Shown: piece by piece, positions 28,228 through 37,660 of the stretch
How the letters are laid out: every line of letters starts with the position of its first letter
Position numbering within the stretch: position 1 is the first letter of the stretch
Source: Alphaproteobacteria bacterium
Lineage (GTDB): Bacteria; Pseudomonadota; Alphaproteobacteria; JBFXJJ01
Length of the DNA: 64,000 bases
Direction of reading: 5' to 3'
NCBI GenBank assembly: GCA_050175015.1
Contig: JBFXJJ010000003.1
Span: 96,001-160,000 of the forward strand
Program-made: the position numbers and the translations under genes
Notes under the pieces: generated by a model
Told to the model about the DNA's origin: nothing
The model's database searches: none
Seen by the model: the letters and a program-made list of their open reading frames with translations, nothing else

Positions 28228-28257
28228 TTGACAAAAATATTTTCAAAGTGATATAAC
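28228..28257 (+). promoter_or_regulatory. Sigma70-like promoter for the 28285-32324 cluster
   Basis: TTGACA (28228-28233), 18-nt spacer, extended -10 TG-A-TATAAC. Confidence 0.55.
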
Positions 28258-28284
28258 TTAAAATAAGAGTAAAAAAGGATTTTA

Positions 28285-28599
28285 TTGATGAATAAGCCAA
28301 AAACAATTGATTTGAATTTGCTATTTTCTAACCAAAATAAAACACAGCAAGTTGGAAAAATCAGAATTATAGACAACAGCAAAGTTGAAGTGGTTGATGC
28401 CGCAGAAGATTGGCAAGAGCGTATTGATCAAATGGCTAATACTATTAATCAGGCTGAAGAGATTCCTGTTATCGGTGGGACAAAGATGAATCGTTTAGGA
28501 ACGTTCACGATGATGCATACCGTAAAAAAAGGAGAAGATGATTTTCCTGATGCGATAATAGGCTATCTTAAAATAAATGGTTTTGAGGCTAAGCGCTAA
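28285..28599 (+). CDS. Hypothetical protein heading the HExxH cluster
   Basis: 104-aa ORF with AAGGA RBS, co-directional, 30 bp before the next gene. Confidence 0.65.
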   Translation: MMNKPKTIDLNLLFSNQNKTQQVGKIRIIDNSKVEVVDAAEDWQERIDQMANTINQAEEIPVIGGTKMNRLGTFTMMHTVKKGEDDFPDAIIGYLKINGFEAKR

Positions 28600-28629
28600 A
28601 AAATAAAACTAAAGCATAGGGCGAAAACA

Positions 28630-29892
28630 ATGGCAGATAATTATCAAGATAAAGAATTAGAAAAAAAGATTTTAGAATCTCCAGAAAATACTAAGAAATT
28701 TGTTGCCAAAGGGTTTGAAGTTCTTGATGAACTTGGTGCCTTTGAGATGGCTGGCAATGAAAATGATAAGCCGTTGTCAGAAAAAGATATCCAAGCTTTA
28801 ACTATGTTAACATCGCAGTTAGAACAAGTTACTAAATCTATGGATGAAATGTATGGAGAGGCAAATGGCAAATCTATGGAAGCTTGCATAGATAATGCTG
28901 ATACAATCATTCCGGAACCATCTAATCAAGACTTTTGCAGTGTTATGCCTGATGATCGTTTTAATAAAATGATTTTTGATATATCTAAAGAATTAACTCC
29001 AGATTATCGCCGTAAATTTAATAAGTTAAGTCGTGAACAAAAAGTTAATGTAATTGCGGCATCATCTGAAAACATAGCTTTTTTTATTGATAATAAAGAA
29101 TACGGAAGACATCAAGATAACCTGATAAAAATCTATGGAAAACTTTCTAAGGACTTTCCTCAGGTTATTAATCGTAGTCAGGATAAAGAAGCACAGGATT
29201 TGCTCGCAGCTGTAATGCTAGATGGTGCAAGAGAAAAACTGGATAAGGCGTGGCGTGGTAATAATAATGAAGAACGCCTTGAAGCCGTTAAGACGACCTG
29301 CCAAGCTCTTTTTAAAAAAGATGAAAGGGACTATCCTTTTAGAATGTGTTCTGGCGGAAACGGCATAGCTGGTGCTTATGACGAACAGACTGATTTTGGT
29401 GTAGTCGCTGACAGCTTGCTGAAATTTCCTGATTGGTCAATGGCTATGTTTGTAATGATACACGAAAATCAGCATCGTTTACAGCATTTACAAGTTGAAA
29501 AATTAAAAGAGGGCAAAATCACAGAAAACACCGCAGAATATTTCCAAGCCAAGATTTTTAAATCAAATTTTGAAGGCGGTTATTTATCTCCTTTGGGTAA
29601 ACAAGGCAGTCTTCTAGAAAAAATGGTTGTTACTGGTGAGTACGTTAAACAGCCCGTTGAAACTAACGCTAATGAAGCTGGTTATAACTTTAGTAAATAC
29701 TTTTCTGGAGCTGGCGTGGGTTCGATGAAATTTGCAGATAGTTTGGCGAGAGTCACAAGTGATGTCGCTAAAATATTTTTGAAAGCCCGCAAAGCAATTT
29801 TTGCTAATGATGGTTATAGAAAATATGATGCTCAAGATTTGTTCGAGGCAGGTTTGCACTCGATCATAAATGTTAAAAATAATTCAAGATAA
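28630..29892 (+). CDS. Zincin-like HExxH metallopeptidase-domain protein, paralog 1
   Basis: MIHENQHRLQH (29461-29475) plus downstream YVKQPVETNA; no signal peptide; ends NNSR. Confidence 0.7.
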   Translation: MADNYQDKELEKKILESPENTKKFVAKGFEVLDELGAFEMAGNENDKPLSEKDIQALTMLTSQLEQVTKSMDEMYGEANGKSMEACIDNADTIIPEPSNQDFCSVMPDDRFNKMIFDISKELTPDYRRKFNKLSREQKVNVIAASSENIAFFIDNKEYGRHQDNLIKIYGKLSKDFPQVINRSQDKEAQDLLAAVMLDGAREKLDKAWRGNNNEERLEAVKTTCQALFKKDERDYPFRMCSGGNGIAGAYDEQTDFGVVADSLLKFPDWSMAMFVMIHENQHRLQHLQVEKLKEGKITENTAEYFQAKIFKSNFEGGYLSPLGKQGSLLEKMVVTGEYVKQPVETNANEAGYNFSKYFSGAGVGSMKFADSLARVTSDVAKIFLKARKAIFANDGYRKYDAQDLFEAGLHSIINVKNNSR

Positions 29893-29913
29893 ATATTTTT
29901 AAGGAAAAATTTA

Positions 29914-31110
29914 ATGGCTGAATTAACAAATGGTTTTGAAGCTTTAGAAGAATTAGGAGCTTTTGAACTAGCTGGTAATAAAAATGATAAGCCTTTGAGC
30001 GAGAAAGACATTAATATACTTAAAATTGTTGTTGGTCAGATTGAGCAGACTACCAAAGCAATGAGTGTTATGGCAAATGTGGCAGAAATGCAATCAATAG
30101 AAGCTTGTATTGAGAACGTTCATACAATTAAAACAGATCCTTCAATGCAGGACTTTTGCCAAGTTATGCCCCAAAGCAGTTTTAAGAAAATGATTGATGC
30201 TGCGACTAAAGATATGCCTGAAAATGTTGCTGAAAAGTTTGGGAAACTGAACAAAGAACAAAAAATTAATGTTTTAGCTGCAGCTCCTGAAAATATGTCG
30301 TTTTTCCTAGATAGGAAGCCATATAATGAATTAGAGGAAAAACTTGTTGGGCTTTATGCCAAAGTTTTTAAGGAATATCCTGATATCATTAGTAGAGGAC
30401 AGGATAAAGATGCTCAGGAAGTTTTGACCGAAGTGTTGTCTTCAGGCGCCCGTGAAATGCTCGATAATGCTTGGAAATCGGAAAAACTCCAAGATAGAGT
30501 AGATGCTGTTAGAACTACTTGTCAGGCTCTTTTTAAAAAAGATGAAAGAGATTATCCTTTTAAAATCTGTTCAGGTGGAAATGGTATCGCTGGTGCTTAT
30601 GATGAAAAAGCTGATTTTGGTGTAGTTTCGGATCGTTTGCTTAGTTTCCCAGATTGGTCAATGGCAATGTTCACGACAATTCATGAAAACCAGCATCGTC
30701 TGCAGCATTTGCAGATTAAAAAGTTAAAAGCAGGTGATATCCAAGAAGATACAGCTGAGTATTTTCAGGCTCGCATTTTTAAGGCTAATTTCGAAGGCGG
30801 CTATCTTGTTGACTATACTAAAAGGACAGATCTTGAAAAACAAGCTAATTATGAAGATTACATAATGCAACCTGTAGAACTTAATGCTAATAACGCTGGT
30901 TTTAATTTTGCTGAAAGTTTTTCTGTTGCAATCATTGAACAAAAGTTAGCTTCTTATAAGAATGGAATTCTTTCAAGTCGACGAGCTAAAGAACAGTTAA
31001 AAAGAGATAGAGAAAGAGACCCAGAGAGTCTTACAAGAAAACCTACAAATGATGAATATCGCAAGGCGGGCTTGTTTTCTTTGATGAATGGGAAAAACAA
31101 TTCAAGATAA
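29914..31110 (+). CDS. Zincin-like HExxH metallopeptidase-domain protein, paralog 2
   Basis: TIHENQHRLQH (30682-30696), YIMQPVELNA; ends NNSR. Confidence 0.7.
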   Translation: MAELTNGFEALEELGAFELAGNKNDKPLSEKDINILKIVVGQIEQTTKAMSVMANVAEMQSIEACIENVHTIKTDPSMQDFCQVMPQSSFKKMIDAATKDMPENVAEKFGKLNKEQKINVLAAAPENMSFFLDRKPYNELEEKLVGLYAKVFKEYPDIISRGQDKDAQEVLTEVLSSGAREMLDNAWKSEKLQDRVDAVRTTCQALFKKDERDYPFKICSGGNGIAGAYDEKADFGVVSDRLLSFPDWSMAMFTTIHENQHRLQHLQIKKLKAGDIQEDTAEYFQARIFKANFEGGYLVDYTKRTDLEKQANYEDYIMQPVELNANNAGFNFAESFSVAIIEQKLASYKNGILSSRRAKEQLKRDRERDPESLTRKPTNDEYRKAGLFSLMNGKNNSR

Positions 31111-31133
31111 ATATTTTTTTAAGGATTTTTTTA

Positions 31134-32324
31134 ATGGCTGAATTAACAAATGGTTTTGAAGCTTTAGAAGAATTGGGAGCCTTTGAACTAGCGGGTAGTC
31201 AAGGTGATAAATCTCTGAGTGAAAAAGACGTTAAAACTCTAAAAGTTTTAGTCGGTCAGGTTGAGCATATTACCAGCGAAATGAAAAAAATGTATGATGC
31301 TGCGCACACGGAATCAATAGATGCTTGTATTGATAATGTTGGTGAAATTAAAGCTGTTCCTGCGATGGAAGATTTTTACACTCTTATGCCAGAGAAAAAC
31401 TATCAGAAACAAGTTGAGCATATTGTTGGTGGGCTTTCTAAGGACGTGGCTGATAAGTTTTTGGTTCTTGATAAAAAGCAGCAGATCGCTGTTATGGCAG
31501 CTGCTCCAGAGAATGTTTCGTTCTTTTGGAATAAAGGTGAATATGAGGGGTTAGAAGAAAAGCTTGTTAGTGTTTATGGCAAAATTACTCAAGATTTTCC
31601 AGAGATGGTTTATCGGACACAAGACAGCAGCTCTCACGAGATGTTGGCAGAGTATTTAACTAAAGGAAATCGCAAAATTTTAGATGATGCTTGGCAGACT
31701 GATGATTTAGATAAAAGGTTAGAAGCTGTCAAAACCATTTCGCAAAAAATGTTTTCTAAAGAAAACAGAGATTATCCATTTAAAAGGTGTTCCGAAACCA
31801 CAGGTATAGCTGGCTATTATGACCGTATAACAGATTTTGGCGTGGTTGCTGAAGATTTACTGAAATTTCCTGATTGGTCAGTTGCAATGCTGGTTACGGT
31901 TCACGAAAACCAACATCGGCAGCAAGAACTCCAGATAAAAAAAATAAAATTAGACAGTATTGAAAAAGATACTCCTGAATATTTTCAGGCTCGTCTCTTT
32001 AAATCCAATTTTGAAGGTGGTTATCTCGTTAGTTTTGTGAAGAAAACTGAATTGGAAAAAACGGCTAATATTGTAGATTATGTTTCACAGCCAGTCGAAG
32101 TTAATGCTAACAAATCGGGATATGCGTTTACAAAACATTTTTCTCTTAAAGCTGTAGCTCAAGATAAAGATGATGAAAATTATGCAGTATCTGAATCTAA
32201 AAAAGCAAAAGAAGAACTTAAAAAACTTAGAGAAAGAGATCCCGAAAGTCTTACTAGAAAACCAATAAATGATGAATATCGCAAGGCGGGATTGTTTTCT
32301 TTGATGAATGGGAAATCAAGATAA
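31134..32324 (+). CDS. Zincin-like HExxH metallopeptidase-domain protein, paralog 3
   Basis: TVHENQHRQQE (31902-31916), YVSQPVEVNA; ends GKSR. Confidence 0.7.
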   Translation: MAELTNGFEALEELGAFELAGSQGDKSLSEKDVKTLKVLVGQVEHITSEMKKMYDAAHTESIDACIDNVGEIKAVPAMEDFYTLMPEKNYQKQVEHIVGGLSKDVADKFLVLDKKQQIAVMAAAPENVSFFWNKGEYEGLEEKLVSVYGKITQDFPEMVYRTQDSSSHEMLAEYLTKGNRKILDDAWQTDDLDKRLEAVKTISQKMFSKENRDYPFKRCSETTGIAGYYDRITDFGVVAEDLLKFPDWSVAMLVTVHENQHRQQELQIKKIKLDSIEKDTPEYFQARLFKSNFEGGYLVSFVKKTELEKTANIVDYVSQPVEVNANKSGYAFTKHFSLKAVAQDKDDENYAVSESKKAKEELKKLRERDPESLTRKPINDEYRKAGLFSLMNGKSR

Positions 32325-32472
32325 AAAGCTTAAATTTGCTTGTCCTTTATTACTAAGACAGAGCAAAGGGTTTTTCTTAAATGGCAGGATATTTTTTATT
32401 TGTTGTTTTTTTAAGAAGCTTATAATTAAAATATTTAATGTTAACTATATTCTTTATATCAAACAAACATAT

Positions 32473-32510
32473 AAAAAACCGTTACCACAAAAGTAGTAAC
32501 GGTTTTTTTT
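32473..32510. terminator. Bidirectional intrinsic terminator
   Basis: AAAAAACCGTTAC...GTAACGGTTTTTTTT between convergent units. Confidence 0.8.
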
Positions 32511-32605
32511 GTTTATAGATATAATTTGGGCTATACAGCATTAGGTTATAATTTAAGTAACAACCAAATAAGAGCATATAAAAACAATGTGTTGCCTTGT
32601 GTTTT

Positions 32606-33661
32606 CTAGTTTTTATTAAGTTCTAAAAAGCTAGAATCACCATAGGAATAAAAACGGTAATTGTTTTGAATTGCATAGTCATAAGCTTTTTTCATATTTT
32701 CTGTGCCGGCAAGGGCGCATACCAACATAAAAAGGGTTGATTTAGGAAGATGAAAATTGGTGATAAGGGCATCTACAGTTTTAAATTTATAACCAGGAGT
32801 GATGAAAATATCAGTGTTATCTTTAAACGCTTTTAATATTCCAGATTGAGAAGCACTTTCTAGGATACGAAGAGATGTTGTTCCAACGGATATAATTTTG
32901 CTTCCAGCTTTTTTTGCGTTATTAATTTCATCTGCAACTTCTTGGGTTACAACGCCAAATTCAGAATGCATTTTATGGTCTTTAGTATCATCAACTTTTA
33001 TGGGAAGAAAGGTTCCTTCTCCAACGTGAAGCGTTACATAAAGAGCTTTAACACCTTTTTCTTTTAAACATTGCATTACATTTTCAGTGAAATGTAAGCC
33101 CGCCGTTGGTGCCGCAACGGCTCCATCATTTTTAGCATAAATAGTTTGATAATCGGAGCTATCTTTTTTATCAACTTTACGTTTTTTATCGATATAAGGC
33201 GGCAATGGCATTACGCCAAACTCCCGCAGTTTTTTTAAAAGTTCTACATCGCTCATCATAAAGTCAATTAATACGGCAGCTTCCTCTTTTGCGATAACTT
33301 TAGCATCAAGCGTTTGCTCTTGATTGTCGTCAAATGCCGCATAGAAATTTATTGTTTGTCCAATTTTTAACCGCTTAGAGTTTTTTATTAAAGCCCAACG
33401 CTTGCCTTCTCCATCATTGCGACAAAGCGTAGCCTCAATTTTTGCATCTCCTCGTTTTCCAAATAATCTAGCAGGAATAACTCGAGTATCATTAAATACA
33501 ATGATATCTCCACTATGGCATAGTTCTACAATATCTTTGAAAATAAAATCTTTAAACTGTCCTTGATTAACATAAAGCAGCTTAGATGTATCTCTTGGCG
33601 ATGCTGGCCTTAGCGCAATTTGTTCTTCAGGAAGGTTGAAATCAAAAATATTAACGTCCAT
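32606..33661 (-). CDS. queA: S-adenosylmethionine:tRNA ribosyltransferase-isomerase
   Basis: VFNDTRVIPARL, MPLPPYI, GAVAAPTAGLHFT, TNFHLPKSTL, YRFYSYGD. Confidence 0.97.
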   Translation of the reverse strand: MDVNIFDFNLPEEQIALRPASPRDTSKLLYVNQGQFKDFIFKDIVELCHSGDIIVFNDTRVIPARLFGKRGDAKIEATLCRNDGEGKRWALIKNSKRLKIGQTINFYAAFDDNQEQTLDAKVIAKEEAAVLIDFMMSDVELLKKLREFGVMPLPPYIDKKRKVDKKDSSDYQTIYAKNDGAVAAPTAGLHFTENVMQCLKEKGVKALYVTLHVGEGTFLPIKVDDTKDHKMHSEFGVVTQEVADEINNAKKAGSKIISVGTTSLRILESASQSGILKAFKDNTDIFITPGYKFKTVDALITNFHLPKSTLFMLVCALAGTENMKKAYDYAIQNNYRFYSYGDSSFLELNKN

Positions 33662-33708
33662 AGCTTAACCTTTATTCAAAAGTTTGTTTTATATGAATTA
33701 GGTTTAAC

Positions 33709-33741
33709 AAAAAACACCGCCTTTTAAAAGACGGTGTTTTT
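33709..33741 (-). terminator. Intrinsic terminator closing the HNH-HNH-YrhA cassette
   Basis: AAAAAACACCG...CGGTGTTTTT inverted repeat 20 nt past the stop. Confidence 0.75.
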
Positions 33742-33761
33742 AAAAAAAGCAGATATTTTGA

Positions 33762-34205
33762 TTATTCTGCAGAACCTACCATATCGGAAAAAAGTTCTTC
33801 AAAACTGCTGTAAGTTTCCATTTGATCTAATGACGTAAAGTCTAAAACTTCGTATAGTTTAGCTTCAGGATCATACGTATATAAATCTTCGTCAGATCTT
33901 CCAAGTAAAAGCTTGCCTTCTGCTAGTTCGCTTCTTTCTTCAAAATCTTCATTAGCACTTACAATATCATCAAGGGTAAAACCATCATCTGGATCTGTAA
34001 CCTGATCAGTGCTGTAGAATTGAATACCATTCCAAGCAAAACCATTAGCGATACGCAAGAAATCAACATAGTCTTTAGGCATTGCGGGTTTCTTATATTC
34101 AGCTAATTCTTTTTGGCATAAGGTCAAGTCTTTAGAGTCAGCAGGCCTTGCGATTAAAGCATCATCACCGCTTTCTGCTATCGACTTAATTAGTTTTTCA
34201 ATCAT
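33762..34205 (-). CDS. YrhA-like SMI1/KNR4 (SUKH) immunity protein
   Basis: MPKDYVDFLRIANGFAWNGIQFY...GKLLLGRSDEDLYTYD...YSSFEELF; very acidic; 4 nt after a basic HNH gene. Confidence 0.85.
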   Translation of the reverse strand: MIEKLIKSIAESGDDALIARPADSKDLTLCQKELAEYKKPAMPKDYVDFLRIANGFAWNGIQFYSTDQVTDPDDGFTLDDIVSANEDFEERSELAEGKLLLGRSDEDLYTYDPEAKLYEVLDFTSLDQMETYSSFEELFSDMVGSAE

Positions 34206-34209
34206 TTTA

Positions 34210-34998
34210 TTACCTAGTTTTGTTTTTTAAAACAGAAAGAGCAATTTTATCTATGCCATAATTGGTGTTAGATTTATCTTCTCCTCCATCCATACTAATA
34301 GATTCTTTTTTACTCTCAGGCAAGATGTTTCTGCTGAGTTTCTTGAATCCAGAGTGGGTAGCTTCAAAATCTTGTGATTTATCAAATCCAGGTATTTTTG
34401 CCGTTGGAATATAAGCATTACGGTCTGACCAAGGAATTAAAACTTTTCTAGTTTCGCCTTCTCTAATATTTACGATTTGAAGATCGATTACACTATGATG
34501 TAAGTCATCATGTGGAGGAATAGGCATAATGATAAAGTTGGTAAATTCATTTTTACCACCACCATGAATAGGAAGTTTATGGTGAACATTATATCTTTTA
34601 GGACATAAACTATTGTAACGACCAGTCTCATCTTTAATTGGTGTTGCATTAATATAGTCTACTTCATCTTTAGAGAAACCAAGCTCTCTTAATTGATCAG
34701 GATGTTCTTCGGCCATAAATTTCATAAAGTGAGCCTTAACATCTTTGAACTTAGAGCGCATAGATTTTCTTTCATCGCTTGGTGGAACGGTGTAGTTCAT
34801 CTCACGAAGTTCAAACCCATGAATCGTTTTAAAAGGGAAGTTGATTTTCCCGCCGCCTTGAGGGCGACCACCAGAACGAGGGTTCTTTTTCTTAAAACTT
34901 AGCTTCTCGAGTCTTTCTTCTTTTGAAACCTTATTATAATTTAAAGCTTTAGCTGCATTTTTTATAGGACTGTTTCTTTCCATTTTTTTAAAATCCAT
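34210..34998 (-). CDS. Stand-alone HNH nuclease toxin-like protein
   Basis: PKRYNVHHKLPIHGGGKNEFTNFIIMPIPPHDDLHH; ends KNKTR. Confidence 0.8.
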   Translation of the reverse strand: MDFKKMERNSPIKNAAKALNYNKVSKEERLEKLSFKKKNPRSGGRPQGGGKINFPFKTIHGFELREMNYTVPPSDERKSMRSKFKDVKAHFMKFMAEEHPDQLRELGFSKDEVDYINATPIKDETGRYNSLCPKRYNVHHKLPIHGGGKNEFTNFIIMPIPPHDDLHHSVIDLQIVNIREGETRKVLIPWSDRNAYIPTAKIPGFDKSQDFEATHSGFKKLSRNILPESKKESISMDGGEDKSNTNYGIDKIALSVLKNKTR

Positions 34999-35045
34999 TC
35001 ATTCCTAAAATAATTAATTAAAAATAACGTTTAACGGTGCTTTAG

Positions 35046-35666
35046 TTACATCGCTCGACGTTTTAACTCACCTACAATTTGTAAAGTCACTTTTTTGTTT
35101 ATATTAGTATTCTTTAAGTTTTCTGGGGTATAGATAATTATGCCGGCTGGTTTGGGAATTTTAATCTGCCGTTTTTCGCCATCATTCATACCTCTGATTT
35201 GCGGATTAATATATTGATTATGAATATGTTCGTGAACAGGGCTAGCAATAACAATACATAAGTTATCAAAATCGTTTTTGCCGCCGCCATGAATCGGGAG
35301 TTTATGATGGATATTGTATCCTTTTGGACACATACCTTTTCTCATAGTAGCTAGTTGTTTTGATGAAAAACCTTCTTTTTTTAAGTCGTCTTTGTATTCT
35401 TCAGCTAGATGTTTAAGGAACTCTTTTCTAACATAAGCAAACTCACCTCTTATGCGTTTTCTTGTGTCAATATCAGGGATATCATAAATTACATATTCAC
35501 AAACTATTCCAAGATAAGTATCAGGAAGTTTATCTGGTGATATTGCGCCTTTGCGCTTTGTTTCGCGCCAAGCAGCGATATCATTGCCTGTTCCTAAACG
35601 ACGAGGTCTAGCAGGTTTTTTATAAACGTACTCTTTCTTGCTCTTGGAGGTGTTTTTATCGTTCAT
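35046..35666 (-). CDS. Stand-alone HNH nuclease toxin-like protein
   Basis: PKGYNIHHKLPIHGGGKNDFDNLCIVIASPVHEHIHN; ends ELKRRAM. Confidence 0.8.
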   Translation of the reverse strand: MNDKNTSKSKKEYVYKKPARPRRLGTGNDIAAWRETKRKGAISPDKLPDTYLGIVCEYVIYDIPDIDTRKRIRGEFAYVRKEFLKHLAEEYKDDLKKEGFSSKQLATMRKGMCPKGYNIHHKLPIHGGGKNDFDNLCIVIASPVHEHIHNQYINPQIRGMNDGEKRQIKIPKPAGIIIYTPENLKNTNINKKVTLQIVGELKRRAM

Positions 35667-35815
35667 TTTTTTTCCTTTAGAGGTGCTTTTTTAAAAAGAG
35701 AATTCTTGCTCTCTCTTTAAAATAAAACTATAACAGATAATAAATCTGTCGGCAAGTTTTTTTGTATAATTTTTTACGACAACTTTTTGGACAAAATCAG
35801 TTGGAGAATAGAAAG

Positions 35816-36592
35816 ATGACTAATAGCAATATTGATGAAACTATTAAAAGATATAATCCGATTATTATTATTCCTGCACGTATGGCTGCAACCAGACTTC
35901 CTGGAAAACCTTTAGCTAAGATTGCAGGTAAAGAAATGATACTGCATGTTATTAACAGGGCTAAAGAGGCAAAGATTGGCAAAGTGCTTGTAGCATGCGG
36001 CGAAGAAGAAATAGCCAATGTTGTCAATAAAGAAGGCGAAACCGCTATTTTGACAGATCCTAATCTTCCCTCGGGTTCCGACAGAATTTTTGCGGCGTTA
36101 GAAACATTTGATAAAGAAGGCAAGCACAAGATTATTGTTAATGTTCAAGGCGATTTGCCAACAATAGATCCTCAAATGATTAGAGATTCTTTGCTTCCTT
36201 TAGAGGACGAAGAAGTTGATATTGCAACGTTAGTTGCGAAAACAACAACGCCAGAAGAAAATGCCAGTCCAAATGTTGTAAAAGCGGTAACCGCTTTTGC
36301 AGAAGGAAAAAGAGTTGCTAGAGCGCTTTATTTTACAAGAACAACTGCTCCTTATGGTGAAGGCGATATTTTCCATCATATCGGTCTTTATGCTTACCGC
36401 AGGGCATCGCTTGCTAAATTTATTAGCTTGCCTCAAGGCATATTAGAAAAAAGAGAAAAATTAGAGCAACTAAGAGCGTTAGAAAACGGAATGAGAATAG
36501 ATGCGACTTTAGTTAATAAGGCTCCTTTTGGGGTCGATACTAAAGAAGATTTAGACCGAGCAGAAATTATGATTAAGCAGTTTTTAAAATAG
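35816..36592 (+). CDS. kdsB: 3-deoxy-manno-octulosonate cytidylyltransferase
   Basis: IIPARMAATRLPGKPL, SGSDRI, VNVQGDLP, HHIGLYAYR, LEQLRALE; start moved to ATG 35816 (GGAG RBS). Confidence 0.95.
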   Translation: MTNSNIDETIKRYNPIIIIPARMAATRLPGKPLAKIAGKEMILHVINRAKEAKIGKVLVACGEEEIANVVNKEGETAILTDPNLPSGSDRIFAALETFDKEGKHKIIVNVQGDLPTIDPQMIRDSLLPLEDEEVDIATLVAKTTTPEENASPNVVKAVTAFAEGKRVARALYFTRTTAPYGEGDIFHHIGLYAYRRASLAKFISLPQGILEKREKLEQLRALENGMRIDATLVNKAPFGVDTKEDLDRAEIMIKQFLK

Positions 36593-36610
36593 GAAGTTAC
36601 TAAAAAACCT

Positions 36611-37465
36611 ATGTCAGAAAATCCAGAAAATATAATTGCATATCAGGGGTATCCAGGGGCTTATTCCCAAATGGCTTGTAATGCAAAGTTTCCATTGTTA
36701 GAAACAATGCCCTGTCCAACCTTTGAACTTGCAATGGACGCCGTTCGTGAAGGCAAGGCTAAATTTGCGATGCTTCCCGTTGAAAACTCTGTTGCAGGCA
36801 GGGTTGCAGATATTCATTCTCTGCTTCCCAACTCCAACCTTTATATTGTGGGCGAGCATTATCAGAGAATTGAACATTGCCTTATGGCGTGTAAGGGTGC
36901 AACGATTGACTCGATAAAAACGGTTCATAGTCATATTCAAGCTCTTTCGCAATGCCGAAAAATGATAAAAAAATATGGGTTTGAACGCTGCCCCGAAGCT
37001 AATACGGCAATAGCTGCTAAAAACATTGCTTTAGATAAAGATAAGACTAAAGCCGTTATCGCATCAAGACTTTCAGCTGAGATTTATGGATTAGATATTT
37101 TGATTCCAAATATTGAAGACTCTGACCATAACACAACGAGATTTTTGGTGATGTCAAAAGATTATAGACTTCCGCCAAGAAACGGCAGTGCGTATGTAAC
37201 CTCTTTTATTTTTAAAGTTAAAAACATTCCCGCAGCACTTTATAAAAGCTTGGGAGGCTTTGCCACTAATGGCGTAAATATGACTAAGCTTGAAAGTTAT
37301 TTAGGTGAAGGTGATTTTGTTGCCGCTCAATTTTATGCTGATGTCGAAGCTCACCCAGAAGACAGGGGATTGAAGCTTGCGATGGAAGAATTGTCGTTTT
37401 TTTCTGAGGAAATTAATATCCTAGGAACGTATTTGGCGCACCCTTATCGCTTTCTTTCAAGATAA
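36611..37465 (+). CDS. pheA: Prephenate dehydratase
   Basis: AYQGYPGAYS, PVENSVAGRV, NTTRFLV, GVNMTKLESY ACT domain. Confidence 0.95.
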   Translation: MSENPENIIAYQGYPGAYSQMACNAKFPLLETMPCPTFELAMDAVREGKAKFAMLPVENSVAGRVADIHSLLPNSNLYIVGEHYQRIEHCLMACKGATIDSIKTVHSHIQALSQCRKMIKKYGFERCPEANTAIAAKNIALDKDKTKAVIASRLSAEIYGLDILIPNIEDSDHNTTRFLVMSKDYRLPPRNGSAYVTSFIFKVKNIPAALYKSLGGFATNGVNMTKLESYLGEGDFVAAQFYADVEAHPEDRGLKLAMEELSFFSEEINILGTYLAHPYRFLSR

Positions 37466-37529
37466 GATATCAACATTTTTAAAATTCTTGCTTGCAAAAA
37501 TATGTTTTGAACGCAATATTGGAAAGTAA

Positions 37530-37630
37530 GGAAAGCTGGTTTGCGGACGAAATCTTTCGCCAACCCGGTCAGGTTCGGAAGAAAGCAGCCGTAACGAATT
37601 TGGATTTTGGGTCGCTTAGCTGGCTTTCCC
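37530..37630 (+). ncRNA. ffs: Signal recognition particle RNA (4.5S)
   Basis: Helix-8 motif TCAGGTTCGGAAGAAAGCAGC (compensatory TTC/GAA stem), terminal stem GGAAAGC/GCTTTCC; directly upstream of dnaX. Confidence 0.92.
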
Positions 37631-37660
37631 CTTTAATTTTTTTAGCTATAAAAATAGTAG

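Noticed and set aside
32308-32496. 62-aa ORF after the HExxH array
   Set aside because: Overlaps the previous stop and runs through two hairpins; low-complexity AT-rich translation
34210-35666. Homing endonucleases or restriction enzymes as the explanation for the HNH genes
   Set aside because: No intron or intein context and no DNA methyltransferase adjacent; tight linkage to a SUKH gene fits toxin-immunity better
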